Shown piece after piece: positions 1 through 9,242 of a stretch of DNA of 57,708 nt. The position numbers and the translations under genes were made by a program. The notes under the pieces are model-generated. The model saw nothing but the letters and a program-made list of their open reading frames with translations. It did no database searches and was not told the origin of the DNA. The number at the start of each line of letters is the position of its first letter. Positions within the stretch are counted from its first letter, which is position 1. This DNA comes from Paenibacillus sp. (lineage in GTDB: Bacteria; Bacillota; Bacilli; Paenibacillales; Paenibacillaceae): positions 1 to 57,708 of the forward strand of contig DASYFA010000152.1 in the NCBI GenBank assembly GCA_036498705.1. Direction: 5' to 3'.

Positions 1-1010
1 TCAATGATCTCAAGTGGTTGTCTTCATTAACTGGACTAGAGTCATTAACTATAGACAATAACGATGCGACAGATTTCAGCGCGTTCTATTCGCTAAGTCA
101 ATTACAAGAGTTGAAGCTTACGTCGGTAAGAAATTTAAAAACGCTTGATTTTATACAAAACATGCCTAATTTGCAGTCGCTTGATCTTAATAATATTGAC
201 CTTACGAATATAGAACGCCTTAGAAATAAGTCCTCATTGACGAACCTACGTTTATCATCTCTCTATAAATTGGAATCAATTGATGCTGTAAACAGTCTGA
301 CTTCACTGACCGAATTGGCCATAATGGGTTACCATGGCACTACACCATCAATCGTGGCTCCAAATTTAAAGAAAGCTGAATTATCAGGTTCTTTCATACC
401 TAAGCTAAAGGCGCCAGCTTTAAAATCTTTAACTGTTGACATTAGCGGGACAGCAGATAGTTTGGATGGGGCGGAATTAGTAAAATTCCCGCGGTTAGAA
501 CAACTTACTGCGATGGAGTCTGGAGACTTCACAGGTATTAGTTCTTTAAATCGTCTACCCAAACTGCAAACTTTAAATTTAAATGAGACGTCTTTCTATG
601 ATGAGACGAGTGCATTGTTCAATTTACAGCATGTCAAAACGTTAAACTGTAATGAATGCCGTTTCCAAATAAATAGTGAGGAACCTTTTGCAAATAACAC
701 GCTGGAACATTTAACTTTGAATCAAGTATATTTTCGAATAGGTAATGGTGACTGGTTGCATGAAATGGATAAGGTGATGCCTTACTTTGCTAATTTGACA
801 GCCTTACGTTCATTTACCATGCAAGACAGTTCACTTCAATCATTAAATTTCATGAAAAGTTGGAAACAAGTCGAGGAGCTCCACTTGGAGAATAACGCTA
901 TTTCAAATGTAGAGCCTTTAGCGAGTCTGCCTCATTTGCAGAAGTTATATATTTTAGGGAATCAGGTGCAGAACAAGTCTGTTCTCGATAAGGGAGTTAT
1001 GATTTATTGA
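1..1010 (+). CDS. Leucine-rich-repeat (internalin-like) protein, 5'-truncated by window edge
   Basis: Repeated LxxLxxLxLxxN units (LQSLDLNNI, LEQLTA, VEELHLENNAI, LQKLYILGNQV); frame open to the window start; stop at 1008-1010. Confidence 0.85.
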   Translation, partial: NDLKWLSSLTGLESLTIDNNDATDFSAFYSLSQLQELKLTSVRNLKTLDFIQNMPNLQSLDLNNIDLTNIERLRNKSSLTNLRLSSLYKLESIDAVNSLTSLTELAIMGYHGTTPSIVAPNLKKAELSGSFIPKLKAPALKSLTVDISGTADSLDGAELVKFPRLEQLTAMESGDFTGISSLNRLPKLQTLNLNETSFYDETSALFNLQHVKTLNCNECRFQINSEEPFANNTLEHLTLNQVYFRIGNGDWLHEMDKVMPYFANLTALRSFTMQDSSLQSLNFMKSWKQVEELHLENNAISNVEPLASLPHLQKLYILGNQVQNKSVLDKGVMIY

Positions 1011-1027
1011 GGTAAGGAAGAACTATA

Positions 1028-1074
1028 AAATGAGATAATCTCCCTCAGTTATTTTGAGGGATATTATCTCATTT
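1028..1074. terminator. Probable bidirectional intrinsic terminator
   Basis: Inverted repeat aaatgagataat-ctccctca / tgaggga-tattatctcattt between convergent genes. Confidence 0.7.
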
Positions 1075-1132
1075 CTATATCAGTGACATTTCGATTGTGA
1101 TGACTATAATTCAACTTCCTACTTAGGGGTTT

Positions 1133-1174
1133 TCACGCACTTCTTACGCTTTTCAATTCCTCAATGATCTGGGG
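1133..1174 (-). pseudogene. C-terminal remnant of a GPH-family MFS transporter
   Basis: Translates PQIIEELKSVRSA*, versus PQIIEDLNSVKCA* at the end of the intact transporter at 7888-9225 (9/13 identical, same stop position). Confidence 0.65.
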
Positions 1175-1195
1175 TCCCGAATAATTGATACCGTT

Positions 1196-2974
1196 TCAAT
1201 CTGTTCTAGTAACAGTGGGCAGGATGTTTTTTACCATTTCTCTGTTTTCCGGCGGGATAGCAATCTCCACGAATTGGCTAATCAATTGACTATTCACTTG
1301 CGAAATGCCTATATTCTCCGCAAACTGCACGAATCCTTGCTGGATCAGTTCCCTGTGTGCTACCGGGACTAGACTAAGAAGAAAATACCATTGATTTTGC
1401 GCCTCACGCGTCCATTCAATCCCCTGCAGAATATGAACCTTGCCATTCGCAAGAATCTCTTCTTTCTGTTGTTTAAGACTTGATTCATCCATGATGCCAT
1501 CAACAGGAATGCCCAGTCTGACGAATTGTTCAGGCGGCGCATCACCCGCTGTCATCAGCTCGGCCATGATTCGAATGAATCGGAACTCAACGTCCGGCGC
1601 ATCCAGCTCATGCTGCTGCTTAGGATCATTTACCACATCAAACAACTTGGTACCATACCGATAGACGTTGAACCATTGGAAGCCTACTGGCACTTTCAGC
1701 GTTTGGCATTTTTTTGTGAAGGAGAATGGATCTTGCAGTTCCATGTTCTGAAGTTCATTTGGCAAAAACATGTTTTTCATATGGGTAGGCATCAACGTAT
1801 ATTCATACAACGGACCATTATCCGGTGACATCGGTCCTCTCATATAAACGTACCGTCCATCCGTGCAATTGACGTGTCCTCCATGCATACCAAAGAGGGC
1901 TGCCTCACGAACCGGTTGATCGCTCAATACGGTTTCTCGAAGCGGTTTGCCAGTCATGTCTTTCGGAACCTGCAGTCCAAAAAAGTCCAGCAGCGTTGGA
2001 GCCATATCGATCATTTGAACGAGACTGCTTCGGCGTTCCGCTTTCTTTCCGCTTCGCGGATCCCAAATAAAGAGCGGTGTATGTGCAATTTCGTTGTACC
2101 ATGGTTGGGCGTTTTTCGCCCAGTAATCGTGCTCGCCCAGCAGGAATCCGTGATCCGTATTGACGATAAGCAACGTGTCTTTCCACATATCCAGCTCATC
2201 CATCAGATCAAGCACTTTCCCCAAATGGGCGTCACACATGCTAAGCAAGGCCGCATATTCATAGCGGATATGCGCGATCTCCTCCGGCGTTTCCCTCACT
2301 GGCCCCATTGAAGGCCAATCAAATAGTCTGCCGTTATACTCATGTGGATATAAATCTCTGTACTTCTGAGGCGCGTAGAACGGCTCATGCGGATCGAACG
2401 TTTCGAGCTGAAGAAACCAACGGTCTTCTTGGCTATTCTTCCGAATGAATTCCATGCCTCTTGAGAAGGTTTGAGCTTGCGGAAAATCTTCCTCCCGGCC
2501 GCGCGGAAAATATTCTCGATTGATTTGATCTTGACGGAATAGAGGCTTCTGTAAATCGTGGGCCATCTGCTGCTCAATCTCGAATTCGCCGACATGTCCC
2601 TTCCAAGGATCCCCTTCCTGACCGCGAATAAATTCGTGGGAACTATACCGAGTATGATAGGTGGCACCGCCATCCTCCCAATAATGCTGGTGGTCGGTTA
2701 CTAAATGCGTGTAAACACCTTGTTTTTTCAGCAACTCCGGCATAGAGTCGTCAAAAGGTTCCACTGGACCCCAACTCCGGTGAAGGAAGTTGTAACGTCC
2801 AGTATGTAGCTCCCGTCTCGCAGGCATGCAAGGCATGCTGCCAACGTAACTATTGTCGAATACGACTGTTTTTTCTGCTAAACGTTGGAAGTTGGGCGCA
2901 TGTATCCAATCGCAGCCATACGGAGGCAGCCAGTGACGATTTAATGTGTCGAACATAACCATAATTGCACGCAT
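1196..2974 (-). CDS. Cys-type sulfatase (S1 family), cytoplasmic, with C-terminal helical extension
   Basis: CxPxR motif CMPARRELHTGR, FDTLN, DPHEP and TDHG metal ligands; RBS aggagga; no signal peptide. Confidence 0.92.
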   Translation of the reverse strand: MRAIMVMFDTLNRHWLPPYGCDWIHAPNFQRLAEKTVVFDNSYVGSMPCMPARRELHTGRYNFLHRSWGPVEPFDDSMPELLKKQGVYTHLVTDHQHYWEDGGATYHTRYSSHEFIRGQEGDPWKGHVGEFEIEQQMAHDLQKPLFRQDQINREYFPRGREEDFPQAQTFSRGMEFIRKNSQEDRWFLQLETFDPHEPFYAPQKYRDLYPHEYNGRLFDWPSMGPVRETPEEIAHIRYEYAALLSMCDAHLGKVLDLMDELDMWKDTLLIVNTDHGFLLGEHDYWAKNAQPWYNEIAHTPLFIWDPRSGKKAERRSSLVQMIDMAPTLLDFFGLQVPKDMTGKPLRETVLSDQPVREAALFGMHGGHVNCTDGRYVYMRGPMSPDNGPLYEYTLMPTHMKNMFLPNELQNMELQDPFSFTKKCQTLKVPVGFQWFNVYRYGTKLFDVVNDPKQQHELDAPDVEFRFIRIMAELMTAGDAPPEQFVRLGIPVDGIMDESSLKQQKEEILANGKVHILQGIEWTREAQNQWYFLLSLVPVAHRELIQQGFVQFAENIGISQVNSQLISQFVEIAIPPENREMVKNILPTVTRTD

Positions 2975-3062
2975 TGCTATCTCCTCCTAAATGAAAATGC
3001 CAAATCGGAACTTCTCGTTACTGATCGGTATTACGACATGATTGGTTTGGTTTACTTCTCTA

Positions 3063-3275
3063 TTATTCGATCTCCTTCAAATCATTTGCCAATTCCGTCA
3101 ATTTAGCTTCTGATAAACCGGCCTGCGGAAAACCGGACAATTGTTTGAGCGTAAAACCCTTTGCCATAGCAAGCATATTGCTTGTGGTAATACCCGGGAG
3201 ATGCTGTTCCAACACAGCTGTTGCAGAATCATTCTGAAGTAGATCGCCCAATTTAGAGTTTTCGTTAAATGCCAT
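3063..3275 (-). CDS. 70-aa protein resembling the C-terminal helical tail of the neighbouring GH3 enzymes
   Basis: ATG at 3275 preceded by ggaggt RBS; MAFNENSKLGDLL...MAKGFTLKQLSGFPQAGLSEAKLTELANDL aligns by eye with the GH3 tails. Confidence 0.75.
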   Translation of the reverse strand: MAFNENSKLGDLLQNDSATAVLEQHLPGITTSNMLAMAKGFTLKQLSGFPQAGLSEAKLTELANDLKEIE

Positions 3276-3319
3276 TCTTAAAACCTCCAATTCATATTTA
3301 GATATAATCCGTAAATCTC

Positions 3320-3600
3320 TTAACCTTTTAACTTTTCTGCATCCGCCGCACAGCCAAAACCAATATTTCCGGCTGAGCTGTCGGGCGTATTCTTGTTTCG
3401 GGCCGCGACGCGATATCGGTTGCAATAGGATCGATGGCATAGGTAAGAGCCACCACGTATGCTGCGGCTTATCCCAGTCGAAGGTCCCGTCGGATTGACC
3501 GCTGGTTCCTGAAGGTGATAAGCCCCAAATATTACCTGACATTTGGTATAAGCCATATCCATTCGGTAAGTATGCATCCACAGGCGCGGTGCCGATTGTT
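3320..3600 (-). pseudogene. Formylglycine-generating enzyme (FGE/SUMF1) C-terminal remnant, frameshifted
   Basis: [23 protein letters not shown] in one frame and NPTGP...[34 protein letters not shown] in another; N-terminal part absent. Confidence 0.88.
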
Positions 3601-3604
3601 CGCA

Positions 3605-3729
3605 CCACTCATCCAGCTCTTTACTTAGACGAAGTAACTGTTCCCTGTGACCAGGTTCTCCGCCAAATTGTTCAGCTCATGCGGGTCATTCACGCAGTCG
3701 TATAGTTCCTCCGGGGGCCGTCGAATCCA
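3605..3729 (-). pseudogene. C-terminal remnant of a second sulfatase
   Basis: [22 protein letters not shown], frameshift, then [16 protein letters not shown]: the typical ELYDxxxDPxExxNLA sulfatase tail. Confidence 0.75.
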
Positions 3730-3790
3730 GATCCAACAATAAAATACGCGTGAGTCATCTTCCTTCCTAATTGACATTTGTATAGCTGTG

Positions 3791-6307
3791 TTAAATCAAT
3801 TCAAAATCAGCCACTTGAACCTCTCTCGCATTCGAACCAATCATGACTCTAAAAGCCCCGGCTTCTGCCCGATAGCTCTCATCCGCCGTATAATATTTCA
3901 ATTCTTCTTCCGTAACCTTAAACGTGACAACCTTACTTTCTCCCGGCTGCAGCTGGATTTTAGTGAATCCTTTCAACTCCATCACTGGACGCACAACGCT
4001 TCCATATCGACCTTGAATGTACAGCTGGACTGTCTCTTGCCCCGCACGATCACCGATATTGGTCACCGTGACCTTCGCGGTAAGCACATCAGCAATAGAC
4101 ATGACATTGCGATCAAGCTCTAGTTCCGAGTACTGGAATGTGGAGTAACTAAGGCCATATCCAAATGGATAGAGCGGCTCGTTCGGACTGTCGATATATT
4201 TGGAAATGAACTTCTCATGCTGATTCTTATCTGTAACAGGACGGCCTGTATTAAACCGGTTATAGTAGATCGGCACTTGTCCCGCCTTCGCCGGGAAGCT
4301 CATCGTCAATCGACCAGACGGATTCGCGTCACCAAACAATACGTCGGCGATGGCATGTCCCGCTTGAGATCCGAGGAACCACGTCTCTAGAATCGCATCG
4401 ACATGCTGTTCGAACCATTCTAGTACGAGCGGACGTCCGTTCGTCAGCACAAGAATGACCGGTTTACCAAGGCTAACGATCTGCTCCGCCAATCGTTGTT
4501 GTACCTCAGGCAGTGTTATATCTGTACGGGAGGCCGCCTCACCTGACATATCGCTGCTCTCACCAAGCGCTAGAATGACCACATCCGACGCGTTTGCCAG
4601 CGATACCGCTTGCTCCAGTCCGCCTTCGATCTCGCGATGCACACCGCATCCTTCCGCGAATCGCAGGCGATCAGCTGCGACTCCTTTCGCTTCAAGTCCC
4701 TCCCGAAGCGTCACGGTATCATCCCCGAAACGAGAGAACTGCCATGCACCGAGCAGATCCCTGCTGCTGCCGAACGGCCCGATCACAGCGATGTTCTCTG
4801 CGTTCTTCACAAGCGGCAGTACGCCGTTATTCTTGAGTAACACAATCGATTTGCGCGCCAATTCCCGGCTCGCTTCCAAATGAGTTTCATGGAAATGATA
4901 TTCCATTTCCTTCTCAGGACGAATGTATCGGAATGGATCATCCATCAGTCCAGATTTGTATTTATAAGTCAAAATACGTCTTACCGCAGCATCCAGCTGC
5001 GCTTCTGACACAATCCCTTCCTCGATCAACTGTGGCAGATGATCATAAGCCCGGGTGACCATTTCAATGTCCATGGTCGCATCAATCGCTTTTTTGGCCG
5101 CCTCTTTAGAATCTCTGGCATTTCCATGAACCACGATTTCCTCGATTGCACCGTAATCCGTAATCATCATTCCGTCAAAACCAAGCTCTTCCCGTAGAAG
5201 GCCATTCACTAGAGCCTTATTGGCCGCCACGGGTACGCCTTGATACACATTGAACGAATTCATGACGGACCCTGCTCCCGCATCAATCCCCGCCTTGAAC
5301 GGTGGTAGGTAGACGTTGCGTAATGTACCTTCGGAAATGTCAACAGTATTATAGTCACGGCCTGCCTCAGCTGCGCCGTAAGCGATGAAATGCTTCAAGC
5401 AGGCAATGATCGTCTCTTCGCTGAATAGTGTATCCCCTTGAAACCCTCGAACCTGAGCGGCGGCGATCAGCGAACCTAGGTATGGATCCTCGCCTGCGCC
5501 TTCCATGACCCGTCCCCAACGTGAATCGCGTGTGATGTCAATCATCGGTCCGTGATTATAAGTGATGCCTGAAGCGCTTGCTTCTTTCGCTGAAATGGCA
5601 CAGGCTTCCTCAATCGCATCCAAGTCCCAGCTGCACGACCAGGCCAGCGGAATGGGGAAAATAGTCTGGTGACCGTGAATGACATCTGCATTAAATAGCA
5701 GCGGTATACCGTGCGGCGATTTTTCGACCGCAATTTTCTGCAATTCGAATACGCGCCGAATGTCAAACGCCCCGAGAATCGATCCAGCACGCCCTTCGGC
5801 TACCAATTTCTCGGGCGGATCTGATGCGACCTCTCCTCCGAATGAAAAGTTCGATGCTGCACACTGGCTCATTTGGCCCACCTTCTCAGTGATGGACAGC
5901 TTGGCGAGAAGCTTATCGACTTCCTCAGCGATCTCAGCGTCTGTTCTTTCCAATACGCCAACGCGGCGGTACTTCGCTAGTTCTTCGATGATCCCTTCGC
6001 CTTGTGAACCCCCTGCCCCTTGCTTGCCTTCGAACGGAAGCGATCCGAAAGGCGGCAAATTCAACGTTCCTTGACAGGTTTCACCGGAGAAATGCATCTC
6101 AAGTGAAGCTTCCGATTCCGATAAAATCTGTGCTATGCCGTAAGCTTGCAGATGATTATGATCTATAGTCACACGATCAAAGTTAACGGCGATTGGAAAG
6201 GGTTCCATCGAGAAGGAGACGTTCATCCCCTCATCCAAATTTCTGATCATAAATTTCAATTTCAAATGTAAAGGCTGATCGATAAATGCATGCCATTTTC
6301 CCAACAT
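3791..6307 (-). CDS. GH3 beta-glucosidase (BglX-like) with extra ~100-aa N-terminal domain, no signal peptide
   Basis: DVIHG, RWGRVMEGAGEDP, KHF, nucleophile ITDY, SGEAASR, PLYPFGYGLSY, Fn3-like tail. Confidence 0.92.
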   Translation of the reverse strand: MLGKWHAFIDQPLHLKLKFMIRNLDEGMNVSFSMEPFPIAVNFDRVTIDHNHLQAYGIAQILSESEASLEMHFSGETCQGTLNLPPFGSLPFEGKQGAGGSQGEGIIEELAKYRRVGVLERTDAEIAEEVDKLLAKLSITEKVGQMSQCAASNFSFGGEVASDPPEKLVAEGRAGSILGAFDIRRVFELQKIAVEKSPHGIPLLFNADVIHGHQTIFPIPLAWSCSWDLDAIEEACAISAKEASASGITYNHGPMIDITRDSRWGRVMEGAGEDPYLGSLIAAAQVRGFQGDTLFSEETIIACLKHFIAYGAAEAGRDYNTVDISEGTLRNVYLPPFKAGIDAGAGSVMNSFNVYQGVPVAANKALVNGLLREELGFDGMMITDYGAIEEIVVHGNARDSKEAAKKAIDATMDIEMVTRAYDHLPQLIEEGIVSEAQLDAAVRRILTYKYKSGLMDDPFRYIRPEKEMEYHFHETHLEASRELARKSIVLLKNNGVLPLVKNAENIAVIGPFGSSRDLLGAWQFSRFGDDTVTLREGLEAKGVAADRLRFAEGCGVHREIEGGLEQAVSLANASDVVILALGESSDMSGEAASRTDITLPEVQQRLAEQIVSLGKPVILVLTNGRPLVLEWFEQHVDAILETWFLGSQAGHAIADVLFGDANPSGRLTMSFPAKAGQVPIYYNRFNTGRPVTDKNQHEKFISKYIDSPNEPLYPFGYGLSYSTFQYSELELDRNVMSIADVLTAKVTVTNIGDRAGQETVQLYIQGRYGSVVRPVMELKGFTKIQLQPGESKVVTFKVTEEELKYYTADESYRAEAGAFRVMIGSNAREVQVADFELI

Positions 6308-6362
6308 ATTGTAGCCTCCGTACTTATATATAGATTTCTTGTTGTTTTGGTCGTTTGATCTT

Positions 6363-7550
6363 CTATAAAGAAATCGGAATTTCTTTAACGCCTCTGACGA
6401 TCATCCCAGGTCGCCACTCGAGTTCGTTTTTATCGACCTTCAGTTGGATGTGAGGATAACGCTTCAATAAACTCATAATGGCAATTTCACCTTCCAGGCG
6501 AGCAAGGGGGGCTCCCAGGCAAAGGTGAACTCCTTTTCCAAATGCAAGGTGTTGGCTTTTTTGCCGGGTAATATCAAAAACTTCAGGATCATCAAACTGG
6601 TTCGGATCGTGGTTGGCGGAATTTAGCGCTATAATCACTAAATCTCCTTTTGCGATTGACTTGCCTTTGAATTCAAGATCTTCTCCCGCCCACCTCGATG
6701 TACTGAATTCGACCGGACCATTATAACGAAGCACTTCCTCAATTGCGGTATGAATCAAATCCGGATTCTCTTGCAGCTGCTTCAATTGTTCCGGATGCTC
6801 TAATAAAGCAAGAATGCTATTGCCGATTAAATTAACGGTTGTTTCGTGTCCGGCAACAATGAGGAGCGTTACTATGCCATATAGTTCACTCTCTGTTAAC
6901 TGGTCGCCTTGGTCTTCGGAAATGATAAGTTGGCTAATTAAATCTTGCCCGAGATTTCCCCGCACTTTGGCAAACCACTGTTCAAGGTACTGGATGAATT
7001 CGTTCGTGTGAATAATCAGTTCATCGGAAGTCACACCGTCTGAGCCCTCGATCAACGAATTGGACCATACGCGGAACTTATCTCGATCTTCAGTAGGAAC
7101 ACCAAGCATTTCGCAAATGACGATAATCGGCAGTTGGAACGCATAATCGTCGATTAAATTCATGCTATCTTTCTCGGAGAAGTTATCGAGCAGTTCATCG
7201 GTGATTTCTTGTATGCGGCCTCTGAGTCCCACTACCATTTGCGGTGTAAACGCCTTTTGAACGAGACTGCGTAATCTTTTGTGATCGGGCGGGTCTGCAA
7301 ACAGCATATTGCGAGCGAAAACGCTTTCTGAATATATATCGGCGCCGGATAGTTTTGTGAAATCCTTAATAAATCTAGGGTCCTTTAGAACTTCAACTCC
7401 ATCTTCATATCTCGTGATCATCCATCCATTTTGGCCATCCGGGAACTTCATCCGGTACACAGGATCTCCCTCTCTTAATTGAGAATAAGTAGGATAGGGA
7501 TTTTGAGTGAACGCATTCGTAAAAAAATGGTTTTCCAAGTTTGTATTCAT
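6363..7550 (-). CDS. Cytochrome P450 (CYP107-like)
   Basis: I-helix AGHETT, K-helix EEVLR, heme motif FGKGVHLCLG. Confidence 0.95.
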   Translation of the reverse strand: MNTNLENHFFTNAFTQNPYPTYSQLREGDPVYRMKFPDGQNGWMITRYEDGVEVLKDPRFIKDFTKLSGADIYSESVFARNMLFADPPDHKRLRSLVQKAFTPQMVVGLRGRIQEITDELLDNFSEKDSMNLIDDYAFQLPIIVICEMLGVPTEDRDKFRVWSNSLIEGSDGVTSDELIIHTNEFIQYLEQWFAKVRGNLGQDLISQLIISEDQGDQLTESELYGIVTLLIVAGHETTVNLIGNSILALLEHPEQLKQLQENPDLIHTAIEEVLRYNGPVEFSTSRWAGEDLEFKGKSIAKGDLVIIALNSANHDPNQFDDPEVFDITRQKSQHLAFGKGVHLCLGAPLARLEGEIAIMSLLKRYPHIQLKVDKNELEWRPGMIVRGVKEIPISL

Positions 7551-7610
7551 TCTGAAGTCTCCTCTCTAATAAAACATCGTGGTGTTATTAATGATTAGTC
7601 TTGTCGTTAC

Positions 7611-7865
7611 TTACCTTTCGAACAATGACGATAACAATTCCATGGCTTGGTCCTCGTCCGGACCGTCAAAGGTAAGTGTAAGCAACGTTCCTTGTTTTGC
7701 TTCCATGGCCATAATCCCCAAAATACTCTTCGCATCGGAAATAATATTTTTTTCGTCCCATATGATACGAATCTCTGACTGGGTAGTAGCAGCCGCTGAA
7801 CTCACCTGTTTTGCAAATATAACCGGGAATCCGTCGGTTGGCATTTCGATTTTAATGGCTTTCAT
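7611..7865 (-). CDS. HPr/Crh-like protein lacking His15
   Basis: DAKSILGIM Ser46 motif, G-x-DE-x-x-A tail, 84 aa; GFPVIFA replaces GLHARPA; RBS aaggagg. Confidence 0.85.
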   Translation of the reverse strand: MKAIKIEMPTDGFPVIFAKQVSSAAATTQSEIRIIWDEKNIISDAKSILGIMAMEAKQGTLLTLTFDGPDEDQAMELLSSLFER

Positions 7866-7887
7866 TCCACTTCCTCCTTATGGACGA

Positions 7888-9225
7888 TCACGCACATTTT
7901 ACACTGTTCAAATCTTCTATGATTTGTGGGTACTCTTTGTCCAGCTTATATGGAATGAGAACGATCAGAAGAATTACGTTAAAAATAATAGGTAAATAAA
8001 TAAACATAAATTGAATGGAGGCACTTGCAGATGCGCTAATGGTTGCTTGACCCCCAACATATCCGCCTATAGCGAGCAGCCATCCGACAAGAGCTGCGCC
8101 TATTCCGTTGCCTACCTTTCCTCCGAAGCTGCCAGCACTGTATACAAGGCCTTCTGAACGGATACCTGTTTTCCATTCGCCATAGTCGATCGTGTCAGCC
8201 AACATCGCGTACCCTGAGGCTGCCACAGGAACCATACCGATTGATCTGATGACAATAGAGGCGAGAACAATCGGTAGATTGGCCGGATCCATGATAAGGA
8301 TGGCGCAGCCAACAATCGAAATAATTAATCCAATGATCGCTGTATTGCGTTTTCCGTATTTTTTAATCACCGGTGCAATCACGAGTAACCCAAGAACAAG
8401 TGGAATGAGGGACAATGCCCCGAAAAGGCTAACCAAATCTTTGTTATGCAAAATGTACTGGGCGTAGAATACATTGACTCCAGCTCCAGCTGCGCTAGAT
8501 ATGCCATAGCAAGTCATCACCAGAAGCATCATAATCCAATATTTATTACGAAACAGTGCTTTAACGCTTCGTTTTAACGGGATTTTCTTATTTACGACAG
8601 ACGGCTTTACCCGCTCTTTCGTTGAACGGAACGATATGAAGATAAGAATCACAGAAGCAGAACCAAAGATAGTAAATGTCCCGAGCCACCCCCCTTTGCC
8701 GCCGCCGAATGCCTCAACGAGTGGCAGCGTCATCGTCGTTACGATTAATGTTCCGGTAAGGCCTATCAGCATCCGGAATATGTTGAGCAGTGATCGTTGA
8801 TACCCGTCTTGCGTAATCAGTGAGTTCATAACCCCGTATGGGATGTTAATACCCGAATATAAGATATTGATGATTAAGTAGGTTGCATAAGCGTAAGCAA
8901 GCGCTCCTGTTGGCCCCAGGTCTGGAGCCGTAAACAGCAGTACGCTTGCTATGCCAAACGGTATGGCAAGCCAAAGCAGCCAGGGACGAGCCTTTCCGTA
9001 CTTGCTTTTTGTTTTGTCAATTAGTGTTCCGATTCCGATATCGACGAACCCGTCGAATACACGCGCAACTAACAATAGTGTACCTACCGCAGCAGCAGAA
9101 ATCCCGACAACATCGGTGTAGAAGAAAGTTAGAAACGTTGAGATCGCTGTCAAATGAAGGGTGCCTGCCATTTCTCCAAAACCATATCCAAGTTTCTCGC
9201 TAAATCTGATTTTCTCTGTTTCCAT
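7888..9225 (-). CDS. MFS glycoside-pentoside-hexuronide (GPH) cation symporter
   Basis: EKLGYGFG, FFYTDVVG, D-x-T-x-SKYGKARPW, DTIDYGEWKTG-x-R-x-EG; about 12 hydrophobic segments. Confidence 0.92.
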   Translation of the reverse strand: METEKIRFSEKLGYGFGEMAGTLHLTAISTFLTFFYTDVVGISAAAVGTLLLVARVFDGFVDIGIGTLIDKTKSKYGKARPWLLWLAIPFGIASVLLFTAPDLGPTGALAYAYATYLIINILYSGINIPYGVMNSLITQDGYQRSLLNIFRMLIGLTGTLIVTTMTLPLVEAFGGGKGGWLGTFTIFGSASVILIFISFRSTKERVKPSVVNKKIPLKRSVKALFRNKYWIMMLLVMTCYGISSAAGAGVNVFYAQYILHNKDLVSLFGALSLIPLVLGLLVIAPVIKKYGKRNTAIIGLIISIVGCAILIMDPANLPIVLASIVIRSIGMVPVAASGYAMLADTIDYGEWKTGIRSEGLVYSAGSFGGKVGNGIGAALVGWLLAIGGYVGGQATISASASASIQFMFIYLPIIFNVILLIVLIPYKLDKEYPQIIEDLNSVKCA

Positions 9226-9242
9226 GACCCTGCCTCTTTCTA

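Noticed and set aside
3063-3608. 181-aa ORF as a single gene
   Set aside because: It is a chimera of an FGE pseudogene frame and the real 70-aa gene starting at 3275 with its own RBS
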